Assembly (NCBI GenBank): GCA_043228905.1
Contig: JBHGNT010000004.1
Span: forward strand, 620,001-684,000
Direction of reading: 5' to 3'
Length of the DNA stretch: 64,000 bases
From: Azolla caroliniana
Lineage: Eukaryota > Plantae > Polypodiophyta
The translations under genes were made by a program, and so were the position numbers. Of the stretch, positions 1-12,140 are shown piece after piece (position 1 is the stretch's first letter; every line of letters starts with the position of its first letter). The notes below the pieces were generated by a model that saw only the letters and a program-made list of their open reading frames with translations, was not told the DNA's origin and did no database searches.

Positions 1-530
1 TTGATCGGGCAATGGCAATTTGCCTTGCACGTAGGCCCCGGCCCCATGGACCACGACCTCGACACCCTTGTCATCGACAAATAAAAGCCATTATCTCCCG
101 CCATCATAGGTGCTTCCTTCGCTTTGGAGACATTTCCATTCTGGATCGACCTATGATAGAGATCTTTCGGAGACAAAAACTACAATATACCTAACTTGAG
201 AATCTCACATGTGCCAAAAACCAGATTCTCTCGTCTCTTTTCTTTTCATCTTATTTACTTTTATATTTACTGTGTAATATTTACTTTATTTTGATGTGTT
301 CTCAAAGACGAGAAAACATTTAAGATGGAATCTCTTATTCGGTCTTATAGGCCATTTTGGCCTCTTAAAAGACGTTAATATATCTTTCTTTCTCTCTCTC
401 TCTCTCTTTCTTATAGGCCATTTTGGCTTCTTAAAAGACGTTAGTATATCTTTCTTTCTTTCTTTGTTTTCTCTGTCTTTTGGGTCAATCTTGAAGACGA
501 GACAACATATTAAGATGTAATCTATTAAGA
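1..530 (+). mobile_element. Degenerate intronic repeat, copy 1 (coding-like end plus 3' tail)
   Basis: 1-190 aligns by eye with 2318-2500. The tail motif ttataggccattttggcctcttaaaagac occurs twice at ~345-445 and again at ~2577. Confidence 0.5.
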
Positions 531-749
531 TGCTTTCATGGAGTTGAAAATTAACTGAGTTAAGTGAAAAGCCATGTTTGTCTTTGCCAACTCTAGTGAA
601 GTGTGGGCTTGAGCTTGGGCCTTAATTTATGCTTGATGAATATCATGAAGTGTATTTCCACCTTTTTGGTGCCAAATAAAAGTGAAGCTTGTTCTTTTTA
701 CACTCAATACATATGTTAAAATTTTAATTGTATTTCTTTCCTCATTCAG

Positions 750-3237
750 GTGACACTGATTTCTCAATTAAATGCAACAATTATCATAGAAGATGCTGAG
801 CTGCATTTGCAACCAGGTTTTGTGCACTTTGGAGGTGTAAATAATGGCTCACCTCTTTCTGGCATATTGCCACTTGTTATGGCTCCATCAACAGAATCAG
901 CTCTGCTCTTTACTGTTTATGTCGAGGCATCGGGGAAAGAAAATGGTAATGTTTCTTTCATTTATATTTGAAGGTATTGTGAGCGGTGGAATGTTTTCTA
1001 ATGAGAAAATATGAATTCATGTTACTGCAGGTATTGTACAAGGTCAATCGACTGATGGAAGTACGTTAAACATAAAGTACAAAATAATTGGGGACCGAAC
1101 TTTAGGTGCCCATTCTCCAAGCAGTTGTCTCAGAACTGATAGTGATGGTGGAAGAGATATATCACTGCAGTTCAAAAGCTTCGTGGCTTTGCAAATGCCA
1201 ATCCTAGATCCATTACTTGCTGTTGGAATGTTACCCCTTCCTTGCAACAATCCTTGTGTAGGAGATCAAATTTCAATACAGTGGCGTGTAGAAAGAATCA
1301 AAGAAGGTATCTGCAAGGTTGTAAAAAGTAGCTACACAAACTACCTGGTAATATTTTCACTATCATTAATTATTGTGGAAAGAATTAGTGTTGTTGATAT
1401 GTGACTAATTGTGCTCTTGTGCTTTCTTCTCTTTCTTTTTTCTAATGCATTCCTGTGATCATTTGACACAAATAAGGGATACAATGTTTCAAAAGACCTT
1501 AACTACTTAATAAAAAGAGCCTACCATCATGTACCTCTTCCTCTCCCTCTCTTGTAATCTCTTTTAAGATGTAATCTTGTGTTTAGTCTTTTGGTCTATT
1601 AAAAGACATTAATAATGTTTCTTTCTTTCTTTTGATGTCTTTTAAGAAACCAAAATAAATACAACTAAACATATGGTACGAAATAATATATTGATCTAAG
1701 ACCATAATATTCTAAACTTAAATAGACCGAAGCTTTTGTCTTCAAAAGAATTTAGGCTGAAGCTTTTGTTTTGGATATAGTTTGTAACATTACCTGCTTC
1801 AAGATGTAGAGATCTTAATAAATACAACTAAACATATGGTATGAAAGAATATATTTATCTAAACCCTTAATATTCTAACTTAGATTGACTGAAGCTTTTG
1901 TCCTCAAAAGAATTTAGGCTGAAGCATTTGTTTTGGAAAAGTTTGTAACATTACCTGCTCCAAGATGTAGAGATATCCAAAGCAAGGTAAGCACCTTTCA
2001 ATGCCAATAGCACCTTATAGAGAAGTTACTGAAGTACGACAATACAACAACAGCATATCAACAAAGAATCATGACAATTTTCTTAGTTCCATCACTCACT
2101 TGGAAAGTGATTACAATTGATCGGGCAATAAAAGTTTGTCATCTTTCACTCCATCAATCCTCATTTGTGAAGGGTGTCACAATAGATCAGCCAATAGAAA
2201 TTTGTTAAGCATGTGAACTTTAGCCATTTGAACCAGGGTCCATCACTCCTCATCGTACAAGTCAGTCAAGGACTATGTAAGTGCAGTTTTGTCAAGACAC
2301 TTCAAAGGGGTTACATTAGATCAGGCAATACCAATGTGCTCTGCACATAGGCCATGAGTATTTGGATCATGGCCTCATCACCCTTGTCATCAATAAATAA
2401 AGGCCGTCATCACCAGGCACTGAAGGTGATTTCCTCACTTTGGAGATCTTCCCAACTTGGAGAGACCCATGTTGGAGTTTTTTCAAGGCAGAAGTTAGTA
2501 CCCTATGTCTAGTTATATTTATTTTAGTTTTTTGTGCTCAAAGAGGAGATTTTAAGATGTAACATTTTCTTTCGTGTTATAAGCCATTTTGGCCTCTTAA
2601 AGGACATTAATATGGCTTTCGTTCTTTCTCTCGGCTCCTTGTCCACGGTTACTCAGCAAAGTTAACTCATTGTGGTGTTCCACACCTATCTATGCACATT
2701 AGGAAAGAGTACTGCAAAAAGTTTAGGAAACAACATAGAATACATAGTTGTCTGGGTATGTATGTTATGCATGTTACAATTTATATCCCTCTGCTCTCTT
2801 TCCAGAGTTGAGTCAGCGGCATTTTTGGGAGTAATGAAACTTGGGGGCAGTTTAGGGAAGTCAGGATTTAGAATCATCATCACATATGACGTGATGCTAT
2901 ATGATAAATCATTAAACACCCATCATTTCTACATTTGTCTAAATGGTTTTTTGTGTTTCTGCAGGCGGATACTGAGGAGCTACTATATGAAGTTGAAGTG
3001 GATCCAGACCATTGGATGGTTTCCGGAAGGAAAAAAGGATTCTTTTCTATTCCAGGGAATACAGGAGGGAGAGCACTTATCTCTTTGACGTGCATTCCTT
3101 TGGTTGCAGGCTATGTTAGGCCACCTACACTAGGTTTACTATCAGTTGATAAAATGAGGATTTCCAATGCTCCAGGGCCACAGTCGATTTGTGTGTTACC
3201 CCCCACCTTGTGCTCTTCCTTTTGTACCAAGAAATAG
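750..3237 (+). CDS. TRS130: Trafficking protein particle complex II subunit TRS130/TRAPPC10 (CLUB), 3' exons only; the gene starts upstream of the window
   Basis: Exons ~750-945, 1031-1317 and 2965-3237 with GT-AG borders. Translation includes TLNIKYKIIGDRTLGAH, LQMPILDPLLAVGMLPLP, VGDQISIQWRVERI, LLYEVEVDPDHWMVSGRKKG, CIPLVAGYVRPPTLGL and ICVLPPTLCSSFC-stop, matching the plant TRS130 C-terminus as recalled. The 1317/1318 donor was chosen because it keeps phase. Confidence 0.85.
1658..1975. repeat. Direct tandem duplication, ~162-bp unit x2, in a TRS130 intron
   Basis: aaatacaactaaacatatggta...caagatgtagagat is present twice with scattered substitutions. Confidence 0.85.
2069..2630 (+). mobile_element. 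Degenerate intronic repeat, copy 2 (same family as 1-530)
   Basis: One frame gives KVITIDRAIKVC, KGVTIDQPIEIC* and KGVTLDQAIPMCSAHRP*...HPCHQ*IKAVITRH, homologous to ORF 12..194, followed by the same tail motif. Confidence 0.5.
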
Positions 3238-6200
3238 TTCGTTGAGTCTATAGTTTTATCTTCCTTTTTGATATTTTGCCTTTCCATTGTGGAAGTATAT
3301 AGAGCAACTGTGACTAGGTTGAGATTAGAAGCTTGTTAAACAGGCCTCTTAAGTGCAATGCTACTATATAAGAGGGTGACGGGATTCAAGAGTGTTGCAA
3401 TGATGGCATCAAAATTTTGAATGGCATACACATGTAAAAGTCAAAACAGAGTTTAAATATCTTCAATAAATCAAAGCTTCGAAATTGGCAGTTAGCCAAG
3501 AAAATTGTGATAGAGAAAGAGTCTGTTGTAAATATATTTGTTTCGAAGCCTCCAGGGACAGTGTTCTGCTGTCATTGAGTTGCATTTAAGCAAATTGTAT
3601 AGCCTTCCGAAAACAAGGATAATTTGGACCATGACCTTGATCTTGATTTGCTGAGAGAGAAAAAATGGAACTGTTGATTTATAAGTTATCTAAATATGCA
3701 AGCTTTGAATATTTTCTGAGAGAAAAAATGCAACTATGCAAGCTTTGAATATTTTCTCAATATCATCATTGACTTGTGCATAGTGGGGGCTCATTATTCT
3801 AGGTAATTGGCTAAGCGGCTTCTTCAAGTATTTTACCTATTTATTCTTAGGTTAGTTTTTGGGTTATTTGACAACTTGCTCTAGCACCTTCATGGTACAT
3901 GCAATTGGTTCATGTAGTCATTATCTTTGGTCAAACAAATATTTTACTCTACATGCAGTCTTGCAAATTTGATTTTTTCTAACTTGATTGTATGTGATAT
4001 GTGGGTTCTTTGCTCTATCTCATACACTCTACTCTACTACGTCTCCCATCTTTGTCACAACACTTAGCATTGATTGTGTACATCATATTTGGTGGCTCTG
4101 TTTTACGCTCATCAACTACTCAACCCTATTTAGGAGCATGTCTTTTTGCTTGTCAATTATGTCGCTAATTTTGAGTAAAATAGCTTTAGACCTAATCTCA
4201 CCAAATCATTGGACAACTCTAAGGTCTACATGCTTTTATATGGTTTAAAGCTCTAATACGATTATGGATCAATCACCTCAGAGAGTTCTAATGTCCATTT
4301 TTGTGTTACCATGCTTAGGTATTATTGTGGAGGAGGTGCTTTTGATGTTTTAACTAACTAGCATTGTTTCCTTGATTTGAGTGTAATCCCTTTGTGTACA
4401 TGGGGTCAACCAACCTCCATATGTTTTGTTTTCTCAACCAACTCTTCACTAACATTCAATGGTGGTTTTGTATTGTCTCTAGCCAAAAGGATGGGTTCAA
4501 ATAGAAAGAGACAAGGGAAGAATTGACAAGAGACATTGGTTGCAACATAGGAATATCAAACGGAGGGGGGTGAGTGCTTGTGTAGGACAAAAGCCTTTAC
4601 AACCAAAATAGTTTCGTACAGGAATCCACAAGGGGATGGTTTGGGTGATATGTGGTGACCAAAGAAAATGATAATGCTACCAACCATCTAGCTAAATTGG
4701 AAGGGGCCAAGCTAACGGTACTAATATAAGCAAGGAAAAATAGAATACCTTCAAGAAGTGGCAAGACAAGAATTTGGAGCTTGACAACCTTGGGGATGAC
4801 GAAGATGGGCACAAGTGGGAATTAGAGAGTGAAGATCTCATCATCCTTGGCAACACTACCAAATTAATGCGTTACTTCTTTGTGCATTGCACTAAGCGTG
4901 TGTCTTTCTCTTAATTGGAGTATTATCTCCTTATTGAGTTCATAGTGAGGGGTTCTATCATCATTTTCCCTTTTGTTAGAGAAATGGTCAAGAGTGCTTG
5001 TCAATCACTCTCAAGGTACTAACAATTGTGTATTAGACTTAAAACAAACTCTACCTCTCCTCTCTTAAATAGTTGCATTCATTAACAAATTAATCAATAA
5101 TACATGTGGCTTAATCGTTCTATCTAAAGTTAAACAACACACACATTAAGCATAGCATGCGTCAATTAAATAGGAAGCACAAGAATGTACAAGAAGATTT
5201 ATTTGTGTGAGGCTTATATGAAAGTGCTTTAGACAAATCTCTACTTGAGAAAATGAAGAATTGAGAAAAGCTCTACTATAGTCTATAAGTATTGAGAATG
5301 AGGAAGAAGACTAAAAAGGCACAAAAATAACCTCTACATTCTTTTACAATATTTTGGGCCTTTTCACACTAGAGTGGCCACAAGATTTAGATTGTTGCGT
5401 CTTTTCTTCCCTAGGGTGTCACTCAACTCTAATTGAGGGGGCTTGGATCAAATTAATTTGCATTAGCATTTCATGACGTGAAAGTTAACATCAACTAGGC
5501 ATTTAAGACAATATCCATTTCAACAATTTATTCAAAGAAATTTGGAAGGAAAACTCGAGAATGAGAAGTTTTTAGCAAAACCCTCACTGGACTAGATTAG
5601 TTTTGATTATCACAATATTATACATGATCATTTTTCTCATGGTTATATTTTACAAAAGCTTCAATGACAATGTGTGTGTGCACGCATGTCCAGTGTATTC
5701 ATTTGACAAGCGTCAACATGTTTTGATTTATTATATTATCTACACAAGATCACTCATGTCATGGTTAATATTTTTTTATTGGATTCTTTGACTTAAGTTA
5801 AAGTGAAGGCACAAATATGTGAACATAAGAAATCACTCTTTTGGCATACGTGGTGTTATCTTTTCATATGTCCCATCTTGTTATATAAAAGTTGGTGATG
5901 TTTTAGGAAGTCAAATAATGCAAATTACAAAGAAGTCAATATAATGCACTTGTTTTTCAATAGAGATACATTATATTCAAGGATTAGGAATTTTGTTCTC
6001 AAACAACCATCTATTGGTCTGAGAAATTTGAAATCCTTTGGCTAGTCCCACAGAATCTACGTATGCTACGGTGAGTTATGTGCCACGCATTCATGTTTAA
6101 ATAGAGATGCAGGTGTCATGGTTTCAAATATCCACTTCATATTTAACAAGAAGCGGTTTTACATGTTCCAAGAAATGCTTCAAAAGTTAAACTAGATTAT

Positions 6201-7204
6201 TTATGCCGCTATTGCTTTACTTGCAAGTTGCCACCATTGAAGGCACACGTTCCCATATCACAAATAAGATATTTAACCAAATCCATAGAAACTTAAAAGA
6301 GATGGAAGTTTACATGCTTACTTCTATTCTCGTTTTCATCTCATGCACCAAGGTACACATGAACAAAGCATTATTTCACGGTTGGGAATTTTCATCTTTT
6401 CCCACTAAGTTTTAATATAATTCATAACTTGTGCTCATGCCACATCATTGTCTTCCCTCATTGTTAACATATTACTACCGTATCAAACAAAAACTATAAC
6501 GACATATTAAGATACACATATAAAATACGACCACATTACATTTACATTCATGAAATACAAGCAAACATTGCACAGACTTGTTACAATACCCGGCTCACTT
6601 GTTACACCATATAAACAATCACTACACAAGACAATGGACATAACTAATATGTAGTGCTAACATATCACCTTGAACTATCAATAGTACATTGGCTACATAA
6701 TATTGTACAATTAGAATTGGAAACAGTTTTATAAGAGGGATGCATTACACATGCTTCAAGATGCATGAAGGCATTTTTAAGTGAATGGGTTTTTTTTGTA
6801 AAATAACTATATGGGAAGTTATAAACTACCACAATAATAGGCCTTTCAACTTGTGAATGCGATTCACATGATCCCCTATTGATCATAAAAAAGAACACAT
6901 TTATTGTCAGTAATGTGGGAAGAACAAGTGAAAAGATACGAGGATGTGTGGATGTGGAGGTGAGGTGGTTAGGAGAGTGGAGGACCATGCTTTTCTCCTA
7001 AACATAAAGATATGATGTTTTCCCAAACAATAAAGATATTCTTTTTTTCGCTAAAGTAAGGAACCTTAGAATAAGACTAAACAAATAAACCACATGATCT
7101 ACACGCACTCATAACTGCGTGATCTTCTTTGTGGCTATGATATTGTATCCTCCTTCTTAGAGGAGTGAGTTTGTATGGATACCAAAAAGACCCTTTGGCC
7201 ACAT

Positions 7205-7350
7205 CCTTCGTCAATGAAATCAATCCCCAAGCAACTTCTAGCACTAGATAACCCTTAAGTCAGAATATTACATCCATTGGCATCTTAATAGTTTTAAATC
7301 CACGATTTCATTGATCTCGTACCTGTTTGCATCCTCAAGTTCCACTAATA
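7205..7350 (-). pseudogene. Degenerate chromodomain, probably the integrase tail of a chromovirus-type Ty3/Gypsy element
   Basis: Minus frame VELEDANRYEINEIVDLKLLRCQWM*IF*LKGYLVLEVAWG resembles the chromodomain consensus YEVEEILD...YLVKWKGY...TWE; two stops. Confidence 0.5.
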
Positions 7351-8571
7351 AGGAAAGGGCACTCCAATTGTTGATTGGGGATCGTAGTGTAAGACTTGAC
7401 CCAAAAACAATATTGAATAAGAAAATAAAAGAAAATGATTTGTTTTTTCAAGTAAGCTTTAATGCATTGTCATGATCATACAAACTATCATATATCACTT
7501 GCAGGATGACTTGAATCCATGGCTACCTTATGCATGCTCTAGGTTTTTATCCAATTTGCCACTAGTCTATATAAAATCTACAACATTACAAGAGTAGGTT
7601 ATAATGTGTTTTCATGATCATATGAAATGTTTTAAATCATGGAGGTTGGAGGACTTAAATTCATGACTATCTTGATGCAAGCCCAAGCATTTAGCCAACA
7701 TGCTACCATTCTATATGATAATAAAATGTGAAATTTTGCATATAAGATTGTAACATTTCACATTATAATTATGCAACATTTTGTATGATAGTTATGGTAA
7801 TATTTTTCATAATAATTTACTGGTGGACATGCATGCTAGCCACGTGTGTTAAGGCTAGGTGGAAGACATGCACAAATGTAGAGGTACTACATCTAGAAAA
7901 GTTCAAAGTTCGCAAAATCATTGTGGGTTTAAAATCACTCTTGTAGTTGTAATCTTGTTCTTCTTGCATTTTTTATTTAATGTTATTTTTTACTTCATCC
8001 TTGATAGCTTAGACTTGAACATCTTTTGGTTAGAGAATATTGTCAGGCTTTCCCGTATGCATTTGATTTGTTAACAATCGAGAAAATGTGCACCTTCTTT
8101 CAAATCTAGAGTATCCAACCAATTTTATGGCCCCATAACAAGTAAACCAAAGGTTGCAGGTCAAGAAGACATGTGGAGGAGTTATCTTAGTAAGTTCACC
8201 AACTAGAAGTAGCTTTATTACCTTTGCAAGAAAAGGATTTAGAGTTCAAATCCCTCGAAAAAGAGAGAAAAAAGTCCACCAAGGAAGCTCAACCACATTG
8301 AGCATTCCTAAATTAGATGATTTTAGTTATTTAGATGCAAGTCATTTGAGTTCCATTTGATGTAGTTTGATTTGAAATATTGTTAGATGTAGAGGAACCA
8401 TGTTTCTAAAGGAGCACATACATTTCACATAAATGGGGACCTTGATGGTGCTTGGACAAATCACTCTGCAGTTTCCTATTTTGGTTATGCCATGGTTAAC
8501 TTCTAGTAAAGTTGAATGTAAACGAATAAGGGAACTTGTTTAGGTTTGTTGTAGTTTTTAACTTCATAATC

Positions 8572-9499
8572 CAACGATTGATCGAAACCTTTTGGAAGGG
8601 TCTCTGGCGTCTCCACATGCCTGAAAAGATCAAGCTCTTTTGGTGGCAGATTGGTCATAATGTGGTGCATGTTGGCGAATGGCTAGATAAACGTGGCGGC
8701 CCGTTAGGCTGCCCACTATGCTCTCGATCTATTGAGACTCTGAGACATTGTCTGTGGGATTGCCCTCAAGCTCAAAAGGTATGGGATAGAGTGACTCGCC
8801 TCCTTGCGGCATGTGAAGTTGAAGGAACAACCTTGTGGAGCGTTGCGGCATGGATTGATCACTCGGTCGAAGGGTGGACGGACGTCGTCAATGCGGATAG
8901 TTGGTGCTCTGTATGCACGAGAGACAAAATCGTCAAGATCTGTTTTGAAAGAGGCTTGCAGCCCGCATCCCCGAGGTTTCCGGAAATCTGGATGTTGATC
9001 GCAGGTTTCACGTTATGGTATATATGGAAAGCGCGTTGCCTCAAGGTTTTCCAAGGTACGATACAACCCCCGGAGGAAGTGATCATGGACATATGGTTTG
9101 TGCTTATCAGTTGCCTACGAGGGCAACTGGAAGAGGTTTGTAGCCACTCCAACGACGTGGTCATTGCCCGTTTGCGCTTTTGGCAGAAATGGCGGAACAC
9201 ACCTATGGTGATGCAAGGCGGGAGTGGCCCGAGGTGGAACTACCAGCCCCCACATTGGTTGTTTCCTACTCACTTGCCACCCTCTCTTCGTTGTAGGCAA
9301 CATTGAAGGGCATCACCTTGGATATAGGTAGCTTCTTACATTAAGTTAGGCCGCAAGGCATTGTAAGTAGGCTCATCTTCTTTTACTTCATCGGAGGAAG
9401 ACTCCCCGATGTGTGTATATTAAGTCTCCTTGTAGACTCTCTATGTAATAATCCTTCCTAACTAATGGGAAAGTAGTTTCATTTTGAAAGAAAAAAAAA
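8572..9499 (+). mobile_element. 5'-truncated LINE (L1-like): ORF2 C-terminus with zf-RVT domain, 3' UTR and poly(A)
   Basis: ORF to 9306 with FWKGLWRLHMPEKIKLFWW, CPLC..ETLRHCLWDC and LWYIWKARC..VF motifs; A-rich tail at 9487-9499; no clear TSD. Confidence 0.85.
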
Positions 9500-11639
9500 G
9501 AGTGGGCAAGGAATCAAAGAGTCTCTGGAAATTTAGGATACCATGGATTTTGATTACTTCTTAACCAAAGGTTACTTAAAGATTGTTGGAAAGAGATGTT
9601 ACGTGAAAAGATCATCCTACCTACCAAACATAAGGCGCGGGAATACACATTATTGATTCATTACTATTGAATTTGAGTAAAAACCTTGTAATTAGTGACA
9701 TAGGGAAGAGAGGATGTCAACCAATATTGAGTGTACAAATGGAATGGGTGCCTCACTTTATGCACTATCCTCTCCCAACTCACTCTAACACCTTACATAG
9801 CTAAATAAATATGCTCATAAAATAATTAACCTACATTCTCAAAACTATTTAATTACTATGAAAGATATATGCCTCGTCGGTTTGTTACTCTAGAGTTTGT
9901 GTGGGAAAAACCTTATAGTTGACAAGATGGCAAAAAGATGGTGTGAACCATTCTCTGATATGATCTTTCGTGCCTCCCTTGAGATATGATCATTGGTATA
10001 GTAGACATGCAACACAAATATCACGCAACTAAGACACACATCATCACCCTCATCATTTAATAGGTGGTGAACCCTTCCATTTCCCTTACGAGCATGATAA
10101 CTTGTACATGAGAAGTGTGTCGTTACTAATCCTCTCATCTTAGGGGGAGTTGATTATGGTGGATTCATGCTCATTGACATATAGAAATTTATTAATGTCG
10201 TCCACTTAAGTCATTTATTTTGCTTGCTATGGCCAAAGGAGCCATCCATCATGGTTATTAAGAGTTGGGTTTGGTTGGCCAATGATATCATTCAAGCGAG
10301 CAACTTCTCCCCTATTGCATAGTAAGGATAAGAGTAGGATCTTACGTTAGGTTCTTGATCGGTTAGTGGGATACTATTCCTTAAGTACAAGAGAATACTG
10401 AATAATTATATGTCATAGATCAACAAGAAGTTAACTTCCTAATAACTTCATGCCTAGGTAGACTTTGACATACGCTATCTAAAGGGATGTTAGTGTTTTG
10501 GGCACACTTTATGTGTCAATGGGCATGGATGCATAAACTTGTTTTTAAATAAAGTGTAAATAGGGTCACAAATAGATGTATTTACATATATAGTGTCTGT
10601 AAAAGCGAAATCTTTGAAAGTGTGCAAACCTAAAACTTGAGAGCTTGATTCAGCCTTCATTTGCTTCCTCCATCACCCCTTTTAATACAACAATTAAATA
10701 CCAACACCTTGGCATCATTGCCTTTATCACTAGCTATGTTCAACAAGTTTTTGGGGCCAATTTTCTCTTATTCTATTTAAGATTTAGAGGAAATTTTACT
10801 CTTCCCTCTTTATGCAACAACAGTCTATCTTAAATAAGACTTTGATGTATGATTTTTATATGCTAATAGTGAATTGTCTCTCAACTTGGTCCCTTGGTTT
10901 TTTATCCTCCGCACAGTTTCTCCGCCAATACGCTTTCTAAAGGCCATATATGAGAGTCAAGGACCATGGACAAAAAGAAAGGTGAGAGAGCACGAGTAGA
11001 GATGCATATCCATAAAAATGTGTGCTTCATGGTTTCTCACAGTGAGGACAACCTAAGAGTACTTGGTCTATTTGATTGTCATACTTGAAAGAAGTAGCTA
11101 AAAAGTTACAAAAGTGACTTTTAAAGCTTTTTTATGTAGGGTTTGTCCCCTATCACTTTGAGGTGGCCATTTGGCCTAAAGCTTTAGGAGCAATTTTGTT
11201 CTATTCTCCCCTTTAGCCGGTCTTGCCCTTAGTGTAGTACCCACGCCAATGTCAATACCTTCATGGGTCATGCTAAGTACAATGAGTACTTACCATAGAG
11301 GCATTCTTAACACATTTGCTTTAAAATCTAAATATTATTTGAAGTTGGAATTAAATCTTTCTTTGCATATGTGACATATGTTTTATAATCAACAAAGGGA
11401 GTTTTTCTCTTTAATCTAAAAATGTGCCTAATTGGACCAACTCTTTTGAATGTTCACAAATTAATAAATGGATATATTCAAGTTGAAACGCCTTACACTC
11501 AATCAATAGTTAATGTAACTATTGGGGGCCTTAGAAATTTAATATGATAGATTGAGGTTTAGGGTTTTAAGTGAATTACATTTGTGAGTTGGAGTTTTAA
11601 GCTCATAATTAGGATCATTAACATAAGAACATATGTGAA

Positions 11640-12140
11640 TAGCTATGGGCCCAAATTCGGCTCAAAACCAATCGAACCATTAAGCCATGGTTTAACAATT
11701 TGTCTGTTTGAATATAATTAAATGGTTTGGTTTGGTTTGGTTTGGTTCAAATATTATTAAACAAATTGCTTTCAGCTCGGTTTGGTTTTAAAACTCAAGT
11801 ATCAATTTATAGGTTTAAGTGGCTTGGTTTTAATGGTTTGTTGGTTTTTCGTTAACTTTTTTTAAATTTCTTTAATGGATAATAGTTTAATTAATTAATG
11901 TTTTTTTGCTAATTAATTTAACTTAAATGTTTAATTAATTAATAAATTTTAAAATTTATTTATTTATATTGATTTAATTGTTTCATTAAATTGGCTAATA
12001 TGGTTGGGTTTAAATTTATGATTAAGTGGTTGAGTTTGGTTTCAAGTTTCAACTTTTCGTTAAAACAATTTGGTTTAAATGGCTTGGGAATTCAAAAATG
12101 GTTAGGTTTCATAAAACGAACTGAACCAAGCCCATACTTA
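11640..12140. mobile_element. hAT-like MITE (non-autonomous DNA transposon)
   Basis: Termini TAGCTATGGGC ... GCCCATACTTA form an imperfect 11-bp TIR; internal (TTTGG)n/aaccaa subterminal repeats and an AT-rich core; degenerate 8-bp flanks tatgtgaa/gatgcaaa. Confidence 0.55.

Noticed and set aside
1307-1308. Alternative TRS130 donor GAAG|GTAT
   Set aside because: It is phase 1 and incompatible with the phase-0 acceptor at 2965 unless an unseen micro-exon exists.
3780-5050. Degenerate LTR-element remnants (PBS-like GCTCTAATAC at ~4250 and TTGGCAACACTACCA at ~4846, both minus strand)
   Set aside because: Suggestive of old retroelements, but no LTR pair, TSD or coding motif could be delimited.
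8536-9306. Stand-alone host zinc-finger gene
   Set aside because: It has no ATG at the homology start and no introns, and it carries a poly(A) tail, so it is a LINE fragment. The same applies to 15373-16857.
9890-10440. Possible Gypsy RNase H remnant on the minus strand
   Set aside because: Only a few residues (EKLLA) resemble the motif, which is too weak to call.
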